Source of the DNA: an uncultured Candidatus Saccharibacteria bacterium
Lineage (GTDB): Bacteria > Patescibacteriota > Saccharimonadia > Saccharimonadales > JALRHH01
DNA: 34,794 nt
Assembly: GCA_964638875.1 (NCBI GenBank)
Contig: CAZXBL010000005.1
Span: forward strand, 1-34,794
Direction: 5' to 3'
Under the pieces are notes generated by a model. That model was not told the DNA's origin and searched no databases. It saw nothing but the letters and a program-made list of their open reading frames with translations. This document shows positions 1 to 7,695 of this stretch, one piece after another. Both the position numbers and the translations under genes were made by a program. Each line of letters opens with the position of its first letter. Within the stretch, counting starts at the first letter, position 1.

Positions 1-1155
1 GCCAGAGCCTACATGACTCTTATTAGCCAACGGGGTTGTCAAATGGCGTTCCCAGACGCAACTCTCTATAATGAGCAGAGCCAAGTCCCTGGAGTGACTG
101 ACAGCGCTGTGCAGTATGCTATCCCAATTTTTGTACCTAATAGTGCAGGTACGGGTTATGATCTTCGTTACATTAAAGGTGTCATCCCTGCGGGCTTCGA
201 TGAGGGCAGGTCTCTCGCATATGTGTCGGAAACGGGCAGAGTTGTCAGCGGCAATGCTCCTTATAAGACAAAGACCTGTGACAATGTTGTCGATATCCTC
301 CGGGAAGGTGGTAACCTAGACTCTTACTCCACTTGGCTTAGAGAAAATGCCGATGATGACCCAGACAGCGGGGCTAACGGCGGCGGCGTTAGTGAGCCTA
401 GCTGTGAGAGCGAGGCTGGTCCAGGCGCCTGGATTATGTGTTGGGTGATAGATGCAATAGACCGTTTTATCTCTATATTAGATCGGCAAATCCAAAGTCT
501 TCTATACATCGATAAAGACGTGTACGATAATCCCACTATCGATGAGGCGTGGGAGACCATGCGCAATCTTGCGCTTCTCATACTGGTGCCAATGATGATG
601 TTCATGGTTATAGGCACCGCCCTAAACTTTGGCCCGTTTGATCCGTACACGGTAAAAAAAGCTCTACCGAGAATGTTTGTAGCAGTTATGTTCATAGTAC
701 TGTCCCTTCCTATAACACAATTCGGCGTACAGCTCAGTAACGCAGTCGGACAGGGGTTAGGTAATATCATAATTGGCGCAGCACCTGATGATATAAGATA
801 TCTCAGTGATATCTTTGAAGAAGCCGGTGGGGCTTCGCAAGAAACTCTTGGATGGACCACCATCATTGCTGGCTTCGCAGGTTTTGCCGTTGGAGGAGCT
901 GGGGCGCTAATTAGCTTTGGGCTAGTGGCAATTGTGGGACTATTAATCGGTTTTTGCGTACTAGTACTCCGTCAGGTGTTACTAATCCTACTACTTGTAA
1001 TTGCGCCGCTGGCAATCTTGGCTTGGATCTTTCCTGGTAACGATAAATTGTGGGGCCTATGGAAGGGTACTCTTATAGCTATGTTGTTGATGTATCCGAT
1101 TATTTCTATGTTGTTGGCAAGTGGTAAATTTGTAGCAGGGATATTGGGTCAATAA
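1..1155 (+). CDS. VirB6/TrbL-like polytopic membrane protein of a T4SS-like apparatus (probably 5'-truncated by the window edge)
   Basis: The frame is open from nt 1, with no stop before ATG 13. About 190 aa of soluble N-terminal sequence lacks a signal peptide. It is followed by 5-6 hydrophobic helices (LALLILVPMMMFMVIGTAL, MFVAVMFIVLSLPITQFGV, GFAGFAVGGAGALISFGLVAIVGLLIGFCVLVL, LLLVIAPLAILAWIF, LIAMLLMYPIISMLLASG). It lies upstream of the PrgI-like and VirB4-like genes. The family call rests on topology and context only. Confidence 0.55.
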   Translation, partial: ARAYMTLISQRGCQMAFPDATLYNEQSQVPGVTDSAVQYAIPIFVPNSAGTGYDLRYIKGVIPAGFDEGRSLAYVSETGRVVSGNAPYKTKTCDNVVDILREGGNLDSYSTWLRENADDDPDSGANGGGVSEPSCESEAGPGAWIMCWVIDAIDRFISILDRQIQSLLYIDKDVYDNPTIDEAWETMRNLALLILVPMMMFMVIGTALNFGPFDPYTVKKALPRMFVAVMFIVLSLPITQFGVQLSNAVGQGLGNIIIGAAPDDIRYLSDIFEEAGGASQETLGWTTIIAGFAGFAVGGAGALISFGLVAIVGLLIGFCVLVLRQVLLILLLVIAPLAILAWIFPGNDKLWGLWKGTLIAMLLMYPIISMLLASGKFVAGILGQ

Positions 1156-2411
1156 TGGAAATAGTTATTACTTTTGCTGATATTACACAGAGTGATTTTG
1201 TACTCCTGCTTATTAAGCTCTCTGCATATATTATTCCTTTCTTCTTAATCCCCGCTGCGTTCAAAGCTGGCATGGGTGCCTTCGGCGCCATAACAGGTAT
1301 GATGACAGACCGCAGCCGTGGTTTCTTTGACAAACAACGCAAGAAACGCCAAGGTATGTACGACTATAACAAGGGGCGAATGAAATCTGGAGAACGCTTT
1401 AATAACCGTGGCCTAAACGCACTCACAAGTCGTGCGAGTACTAAGAATCTTGGGTTTGGTAGGAAAGGTGCCGCTGCCTACCAGCAAAAGGTTAACAATT
1501 CCGCGGCAGATTTTAGTAAATCAGCACTGGCGCAAGGCATACAACACAATGATGATGGTCTTGCTGCGCTGACTTACGGAAGTGCCGCAGAAGCACGCGC
1601 AAACCTGACAAGAAGTATCGCTGATGGTGGGTTTGGGTTTGATGAGGATAGGGCTAGGAATGCCGTTGCAGCAGCACAAGCCGCTGGTGGGTTCGGCAGG
1701 AACCGTCAGGTCTGGGCAGCTTCGCAACTATCAAGAACAGGAACTGGATATGAAAACATCGAACAAGTGACAAAAACCATTGCTCGAGTTTCACACGGTA
1801 ACTCTGGGCAGGCAGCGGCACTTGCAGGAGATATTAATGCCTCCACTAAACAAGTTGCGCGAAATGACTTAGCGCCAGGCTTTGGCACATTGAATACCTT
1901 AGCTCAGGCTGAAATGAATCGAAATACCCCGAACCCATCCCGAGACGACTACCACATTGCCACACGTGACGCATGGAATAGCGGCAGTATCGGAACAATG
2001 GTCAACAACAAAGGCAGCAGTATGGCAAACTTTACAACTGCGTTTGAAAGTGTTTTATCCAATCCTAACGCTACTCCTGTTGATAAACGGGATGCCGCTG
2101 TTGCGTTGGCAGAAATGCATGCCGCACTTCCGAGCGCGTCCGCTGCTAACCAGCAATATATTAACGATTCAATGCGGCAACTCGGCATAGACTACGAACG
2201 CACAACCCCTGAAACATTTACTGATGCTGCTGGTAACATCCAAACCAGGGACAGGTATGTAACAGTTGAGGAACAATTGTCGGAGATACTTGCAAACCAA
2301 GGTGTGGTTATGTCGGCCCAAGAGCTAAATCAATCTGCTCGAAAATATGGCTCTTCGGTACCGACTCCAGAGAGACAGGGTCAGCAAGAGCAGCCACCCC
2401 AAGAACAATAA
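1155..2411 (+). CDS. Membrane-anchored protein translationally coupled to the VirB6-like ORF (possible detached C-terminal part of it)
   Basis: The ATG overlaps the upstream TAA (TAATG at 1153-1157). The N-terminus has one or two hydrophobic helices (FVLLLIKLSAYIIPFFLIPAAFKAGMGAFGAITGMM). It continues with a basic stretch (RKKRQG) and about 350 aa of soluble Ala/Gly/Asn-rich sequence ending in a Q/P-rich tail. No catalytic motif was recognised. Confidence 0.6.
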   Translation: MEIVITFADITQSDFVLLLIKLSAYIIPFFLIPAAFKAGMGAFGAITGMMTDRSRGFFDKQRKKRQGMYDYNKGRMKSGERFNNRGLNALTSRASTKNLGFGRKGAAAYQQKVNNSAADFSKSALAQGIQHNDDGLAALTYGSAAEARANLTRSIADGGFGFDEDRARNAVAAAQAAGGFGRNRQVWAASQLSRTGTGYENIEQVTKTIARVSHGNSGQAAALAGDINASTKQVARNDLAPGFGTLNTLAQAEMNRNTPNPSRDDYHIATRDAWNSGSIGTMVNNKGSSMANFTTAFESVLSNPNATPVDKRDAAVALAEMHAALPSASAANQQYINDSMRQLGIDYERTTPETFTDAAGNIQTRDRYVTVEEQLSEILANQGVVMSAQELNQSARKYGSSVPTPERQGQQEQPPQEQ

Positions 2412-2430
2412 AGTATACAAACCAAGTATA

Positions 2431-2459
2431 TTGACATTCCTTCCATAAAATGCTAATGT
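2431..2459 (+). promoter_or_regulatory. Sigma70-type promoter (TTGACA-17-TAATGT with TGn extension) placed for a leaderless transcript of the 2466 ORF
   Basis: TTGACA lies at 2431-2436. A 17-nt spacer ending in TGC follows, then TAATGT at 2454-2459. The A of ATG 2466 is the 7th nt after the -10 hexamer. No usable Shine-Dalgarno spacing is present. Confidence 0.5.
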
Positions 2460-2465
2460 TAGGAC

Positions 2466-3515
2466 ATGGAAAGTTCTGACAGTAGCAGCCCAAATATAGG
2501 CCCACAGGTCGTTGAAGTTACGCAGGATCAGTACGCTGCAGCGCTTTCGATGGTAAGAGGCCTTGGACGGATTAACCCTGACTCATTCGCTGATGATCTT
2601 CGGTGGCAGATGGGTGAAAGAGATTCCCAAACGGGTGAAATTATTACTCCCTCGGACACAGTGACAAGCCCAGACCAAGCAGCGGCGATTATCGAAAACC
2701 TGCAAGGCAGGGGCATGCTCTCAGCAGAGACCGATGACGAGGGTCTACTTAGTTGGGCAGGCATGCCTCCTCGTGAAGAGGGCGAGTCAGGCGAGGCGGT
2801 AGAATCACCTGGACGGTTGAATCGATTAGCCAAAAAAGCAGGGAAAGTTATGCACCAGGCGGTCACACAAGCCGCTGAAGACATAGCAAAACAGTCTAGC
2901 GAATTTGCCGGCTACAACACAGTGAGTTCGGTGATAATGCGCGGACCTCGTGCTAAGGAAGCTTCGGCGAGTGCTGAGGCAGCTAAGAAAAACGAGAAAA
3001 GATTGAACCTTGAAGAGTTCGAGCAAGAACATAGCCGAAGAAGTAAGTTGCATATCACAGAGGTTGAGCACCCAGTCCAAGGAGCAAGGAGACGAGGTGA
3101 GCGTCGTCCTTCTATACAACCAGCTGCTCCTAATCCCGGTCGGCTCACAGATGCACGCACCAGTGCAAGCCCACCAGCAAGAACAGATACCCCAGGGCAT
3201 AGCCCACGAGATAAAGGCTTAAATGCCCCTTCAGAAAGAGCTCGTGAAGAAGCACGTCTTGTGCAACAGGCCCCCGAAACAGAACAAAAGCCTGACGGTG
3301 ATATACCGTCCATGGAGGAGATCCATTTTGAGATCAACCAACGAATTGGTAGAGCCAAACGGGAGGGCAGACCTGAGACATTTACAGAACTTGATAAAAG
3401 AATAAAGGTAGAGGTCTTTAATGAACTGGTTGAGAAACTTCCTAGTTCAAAGAGGGACAGCTTTAGAGCAGCTTTTCTTGCGGAGTTCTCAGATAATACA
3501 CCGCGTGCAACGTAG
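2466..3515 (+). CDS. Hypothetical highly charged, Pro/Glu/Arg-rich, probably disordered protein inside the T4SS-like gene block
   Basis: This is the longest ORF in the region and lies on the same strand as its neighbours. It has no TM segment or signal peptide and is compositionally biased (EEGESGEAVESPGR, RRGERRPSIQPAAPNPGR). Several shadow ORFs overlap it in other frames, as expected for biased composition. Confidence 0.55.
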   Translation: MESSDSSSPNIGPQVVEVTQDQYAAALSMVRGLGRINPDSFADDLRWQMGERDSQTGEIITPSDTVTSPDQAAAIIENLQGRGMLSAETDDEGLLSWAGMPPREEGESGEAVESPGRLNRLAKKAGKVMHQAVTQAAEDIAKQSSEFAGYNTVSSVIMRGPRAKEASASAEAAKKNEKRLNLEEFEQEHSRRSKLHITEVEHPVQGARRRGERRPSIQPAAPNPGRLTDARTSASPPARTDTPGHSPRDKGLNAPSERAREEARLVQQAPETEQKPDGDIPSMEEIHFEINQRIGRAKREGRPETFTELDKRIKVEVFNELVEKLPSSKRDSFRAAFLAEFSDNTPRAT

Positions 3516-3639
3516 GGTTCCTACATAGGTTCACTTTAGGGTATAGCCTGAGTTTTAAGGAAATTACATGCTGACCCAGAACGGTCCTGTTCCCTAGAGC
3601 AATAGAATTATGCTGCGAGAGGTTATATACTAAAGCGGT

Positions 3640-4602
3640 ATGGGCACATATAAGGTTATTCAGGATATTGAAGCAGAAGACACCATTATTGGGTGGATGA
3701 CCCCGAGACAGGCAGTTTATGCTGCTATCGTTATTGTTTCTGGGTTTATCTGGTTCATGCTTGCATCGAACGGGGCATGGTGGCTTGGTCTAGTCTTATT
3801 GCCACATATGATCCTCTTTTCCGTACTAGCAGGGCCTTTTGTGCACGATCAACCATCTGAGGTGTGGTTGCTTGCCAAAATTAAGTTTTTTCTGAAACCG
3901 CGTCGGCGTATATGGGATCAGTCCGGCATCAAAGAACTGGTAACTATCACTGTGCCAAAGCGAATTGAGAAGCACTTGACCGATGGGTTAACTCAGAATG
4001 AGGTCAAGAGTCGTTTGAGCGCGCTCGCCAACACAATCGACAGTCGCGGTTGGGCAGTCAAGAATGTGAACATGAACCTCTATGCACAGCCTGCATATGC
4101 AACCACCAGTTCTGATAGGCTTGTCGATCACAGCACCATGCCTCAACCAGTGCCAGATTACGATGTGTACGCTAGTGACGATATCCTTGACGCCACTAGC
4201 AATCCAGTGGCACAGCAGGTGCACCAGATGGTTACACAGTCTACGCAGGCGCACCGTCAGCAGGTAGTAGCACGAATGCAGCAACCATCTCAGGCTACTC
4301 CCCAACAACAATCCCCCCCATGGTTCGTAGACCCTGCAGCTCAGACGAATACAACAGTTAACGACCAAACTGATGTTCAACTAAACCAGCAGATCAAACA
4401 AAGCCGCCAGCAGGCAGCCCAGCAACACAGGCCTGGTGTATCACCTTCATCCGGGCAACTTCAGCATGCACGAGCACAGCAGCCCGTTGATCGTGCAGTG
4501 GTAAGCCAGCTAGCGCGAAACAATGACCTAAATGTTTCCACAATTGCCCGTCAAGCAAATAAATCCGACGATGATAATGAGGTAGTTGTCAGCCTACGAT
4601 AA
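3640..4602 (+). CDS. PrgI-family (VirB3-like) T4SS membrane protein with a long Q-rich C-terminal extension
   Basis: The N-terminus (YKVIQDIEAEDTIIGWMTPRQAVYAAIVIVSGFIWFML..WWLGLVLLPHMILFSVLAG..EVWLLAKIKFFLKPRRRIW) has the two-helix hairpin layout typical of PrgI-family proteins. Such proteins sit directly upstream of VirB4 genes in Gram-positive T4SS loci. About 180 aa of Gln-rich low complexity follows. Confidence 0.65.
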   Translation: MGTYKVIQDIEAEDTIIGWMTPRQAVYAAIVIVSGFIWFMLASNGAWWLGLVLLPHMILFSVLAGPFVHDQPSEVWLLAKIKFFLKPRRRIWDQSGIKELVTITVPKRIEKHLTDGLTQNEVKSRLSALANTIDSRGWAVKNVNMNLYAQPAYATTSSDRLVDHSTMPQPVPDYDVYASDDILDATSNPVAQQVHQMVTQSTQAHRQQVVARMQQPSQATPQQQSPPWFVDPAAQTNTTVNDQTDVQLNQQIKQSRQQAAQQHRPGVSPSSGQLQHARAQQPVDRAVVSQLARNNDLNVSTIARQANKSDDDNEVVVSLR

Positions 4603-4731
4603 GTGGTATACTTAAGCAGTATCAGCATGCTGGATATTCGTGCTATCCGAGCTAAAACTCGGCCTAGCCGACAAAACCGGCATGTGGCTACGGCCTTCGG
4701 TCATAGCGCGCTGCGCGAATAATAAAACCTC

Positions 4732-5703
4732 GTGAGACAGGTGGGACAGCAAACATCCATGGATCCAAACACACAAAATCCGCAGTACCAGCCGGCAGCT
4801 CCTGCTGTGCCTAACGCTGCACCGCAGTCTTACGCCCAAGGTAATGTGCAGCAAGCATACCAGCAAACCCCGCCGCCTCAGTACGCCCCACAACCAGGGT
4901 ATGGACAGGTGTCGGCCCCTGGTGTTGTAGTCGGTAGTGCACCCCAAACCCAACCGAACATGCCAGCACCCAAGAGCAACCCAAACAGCACACAAAATAC
5001 ATTGCAGATCGCAGAGATTAGGGACGGTATCGTTATTATGAACGACGGCTCTTTCCGCTGCGTAGTAATGGTTAAGTCAATCAATTTTGATTTAATGAGC
5101 CCTCAGGAGCGTGAGGCAGTTGAGTTCAGTTATCAGGGTTTTTTGAATTCTCTATATTTTGATATACAAATATTTTTGCGTTCGCAAAAAGTTGATATTG
5201 CCCCGTACATCAACCGTCTCGATAAAATTCGTTCCGAACACGACAACATGTTGTTAGCGTTATTGATGGAAGACTACATTGGCTACATCGCTGATATTGC
5301 ACAGCACACTAATATTATGGACAAAAAGTTTTACGTGGTAATTCCGTTTAACCCGGTACCAGACATTAAACAACTTGGCGCGCAGAGCAAGAATTTCTTT
5401 ACTGGACTTGCTGGAGTCTTTAAGCCTAAAGAGCAACATGTCACGATCAACGAGGCCGACCTAGAAAAAGCCAAGGATGAACTACGCAACCGGGTACAGG
5501 CTGTGCTCGGCGGTTTACAGCAGTGCGGCATACAAGGTCTTCCCCTCGATACACAAGAGTTGATAGAACTGTACTACGATACCTACAATCCGGACACTGC
5601 GACGCGTCAGCAGCTAAAGAACTTGGATGATTTAACCGCACCTGTCATTACCAAAGGTCAGGGCATGGCACCTCAGCCTAATCTTGATAGGGAGATCCAG
5701 TAA
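4732..5703 (+). CDS. N-terminal domain of a VirB4/PrgJ/ConE-type T4SS ATPase encoded as a separate ORF, preceded by a P/Q-rich region
   Basis: After about 90 aa of P/Q-rich sequence comes LQIAEIRDGIVIMNDGSFRCVVMVKSINFDLMSPQEREAVEFSYQGFLNSLYFDIQIFLRSQKVDIAPYINRL. This is the pattern seen at the N-terminus of Gram-positive VirB4 homologues. The stop overlaps the next ATG (TAATG at 5701-5705). The start is uncertain: GTG 4732 or ATG 4759. Confidence 0.65.
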   Translation: MRQVGQQTSMDPNTQNPQYQPAAPAVPNAAPQSYAQGNVQQAYQQTPPPQYAPQPGYGQVSAPGVVVGSAPQTQPNMPAPKSNPNSTQNTLQIAEIRDGIVIMNDGSFRCVVMVKSINFDLMSPQEREAVEFSYQGFLNSLYFDIQIFLRSQKVDIAPYINRLDKIRSEHDNMLLALLMEDYIGYIADIAQHTNIMDKKFYVVIPFNPVPDIKQLGAQSKNFFTGLAGVFKPKEQHVTINEADLEKAKDELRNRVQAVLGGLQQCGIQGLPLDTQELIELYYDTYNPDTATRQQLKNLDDLTAPVITKGQGMAPQPNLDREIQ

Positions 5704-7610
5704 TGGCACGCAAGAAACAGCAACTCGACCCAGTTGCCCTTGCTCAGGCACAACAGCTGCGTGAGCAGCAAGAAGTTCAGGCAGCGTTTCAAAAGGGTGT
5801 CACCGCGCTTCGTGATTTTATTGCACCTAGTTCATTAGAGTTTTTTGCCACCCATTTCCAACTAGGTACTCGATTTGCACGTACCTATTATGTGTACGGG
5901 TACCCTAGGCAGATCTACACTGGTTGGTTAAGCAACATGGTTAACCTCGATGAGGTTATGGACCTGTCAATGTTTATCTACCCTGTAGAAAGCCAGGTTG
6001 TCCTAGAAAACTTGCGCAAGAAAGTCACACAGCTGGAGGCTGGACTACAGATCGACTCAGAAAAAGGTCGTGTTCGTGACCCGGGCAAACAAGCGGCGAT
6101 TCTCGATGCGGAAGAGATGCGCGATAAGCTACAGGTTGGGGAGGAACGCTTTTTCCGCTTCGGCCTATATTTCACCATCTATGGTGGCACCATGGACGAG
6201 CTAGAATTTGTGGCCCATAAGGTTGAGTCAATGCTTGGGCAGCAACTGGTGTACAGTAAACCGGCTACTAGCCAACAAGAGCAAGCGCTGAACAGCACTA
6301 TCCCACAACTGACCGATCAACTACAAATACGACGAAACTTGAATACCGGGGCACTTAGTACGAGTTTCCCATTCACAAGCGCAGACCTGACCCAGGACGA
6401 CGGTATTTTATACGGTATTAACATGCATAACTCTGGTTTAGTTATCTTTGACCGGTTTAGCCTGGAGAATAGTAATTCAGTCGTCTTTGCAAAGTCTGGT
6501 GCCGGTAAGTCGTTTGCCGTAAAGCTGGAAGCGCTCCGATACATGATGATGGGTACCGAAATATTTATTGTCGACCCAGAGAACGAATATCAACGTATGT
6601 GTGAAGCAGTTGGCGGTGCCTATGTTCGGCTTAGTCTAACCTCGCCAACACGTATCAACCCGTTTGACCTACCCCAGGTTGTCGATACAGACGAAGCCGA
6701 TAACGCACTGACGAGCAACCTCCTAACTTTACACGGGCTACTACGCCTCATGATGGGCGGTGCCCAGGCGTCAATGGCAAACAGTGGGGGACCATCTTTG
6801 CCGGCGCTCGCGCCAAGTGAAGAGGCCGATCTTGATGCTGCTCTTATCGAGACGTACGCTAAGGCTGGCATCACCCAGGACCCCTTAACCCACGGGAGTA
6901 CACCACCGACCATCGGTGACCTGTACGACACCTTGTTACACATGGGGGGGACAGGTCCTCAACTAGCACAACGACTACGTAAATACACCACGGGCACATT
7001 CGCAGGTATTTTCAGCCAGCAGAGCAACATCGATATTAATAACCCTTTGGTCGTGTTTAACATTCGTGATCTGGAAGATGAGTTGCGCCCGGTGGCTATG
7101 TACATTGTTCTGAACTTTATCTGGAATAAGACTAAGAGCGATCAAAAGAAGCGTCTTCTTATTGTTGACGAGGCTTGGCAGTTGATGAAATACGAAGATT
7201 CCGCAAACTTCCTGTTTAGTCTTGCTAAGCGTGCCCGTAAATATAACCTTGGCATTACCACCATTACTCAAGACGTAGAAGACTTTATGGGCTCCCGAAT
7301 GGGTCGTGCGATTGTCAGCAATGCGTCCATGCAACTTCTGCTTAAACAATCACCAGCAGCAGTTGACGTTTTATCAGATGTTTTCAAGTTAACGAGCGAG
7401 GAGAAGAAACGCCTTAGTCAATTCCCCGTTGGGCAAGGGTTGTTCTTCGCTGGACAAAACCACGTTCATATTCAAATTGCAGCAAGCGCAACTGAGGCGA
7501 GTCTTATTACTACTAACCCAGACCAAGTCAAGGCTATCGAACAACAAGGGGAAATGTACAATACTGGTGGAACCATCGATCTGAATAACCGCCTACATCC
7601 GGGGGTGTAA
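5703..7610 (+). CDS. virB4: VirB4-like T4SS ATPase (central and C-terminal ATPase part)
   Basis: Walker A is VFAKSGAGKSFAVKLE (about nt 6490-6516). Walker B is RLLIVDEAWQLM (about nt 7155-7185). Additional matches include YYVYGYPRQIYTGWLSNMV, ITTITQDVEDF and QLLLKQS. The length and order fit the VirB4/TraC/TrbE family. Confidence 0.9.
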   Translation: MARKKQQLDPVALAQAQQLREQQEVQAAFQKGVTALRDFIAPSSLEFFATHFQLGTRFARTYYVYGYPRQIYTGWLSNMVNLDEVMDLSMFIYPVESQVVLENLRKKVTQLEAGLQIDSEKGRVRDPGKQAAILDAEEMRDKLQVGEERFFRFGLYFTIYGGTMDELEFVAHKVESMLGQQLVYSKPATSQQEQALNSTIPQLTDQLQIRRNLNTGALSTSFPFTSADLTQDDGILYGINMHNSGLVIFDRFSLENSNSVVFAKSGAGKSFAVKLEALRYMMMGTEIFIVDPENEYQRMCEAVGGAYVRLSLTSPTRINPFDLPQVVDTDEADNALTSNLLTLHGLLRLMMGGAQASMANSGGPSLPALAPSEEADLDAALIETYAKAGITQDPLTHGSTPPTIGDLYDTLLHMGGTGPQLAQRLRKYTTGTFAGIFSQQSNIDINNPLVVFNIRDLEDELRPVAMYIVLNFIWNKTKSDQKKRLLIVDEAWQLMKYEDSANFLFSLAKRARKYNLGITTITQDVEDFMGSRMGRAIVSNASMQLLLKQSPAAVDVLSDVFKLTSEEKKRLSQFPVGQGLFFAGQNHVHIQIAASATEASLITTNPDQVKAIEQQGEMYNTGGTIDLNNRLHPGV

Positions 7611-7695
7611 TGCACACCCTTTCTGCAATTAATAGCAGGCGTGCTGGATTCCACTTTCTAGTACATAACCGGTATAATGATCTTTAAGAGGATTT

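Noticed and set aside
2528-3358. Three overlapping minus-strand ORFs (118, 124 and 148 aa) and two plus-strand ORFs inside the 2466-3515 gene.
   Set aside because: They lie in a compositionally biased (GC-rich, charged-codon) region where stop codons are rare in several frames. The operon-strand ORF is the longest and has a promoter positioned on its ATG. The choice remains less certain than elsewhere.
4627-4722. 31-codon ORF (MLDIRAIRAKTRPSRQNRHVATAFGHSALRE), plus a CTTCGG-containing possible hairpin, in the gap between the PrgI-like gene and the VirB4 N-fragment gene.
   Set aside because: It has no SD or promoter geometry, the peptide is short and basic with no recognisable family, and the hairpin pairing is poor. 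It is kept only as part of the unexplained-gap remark.
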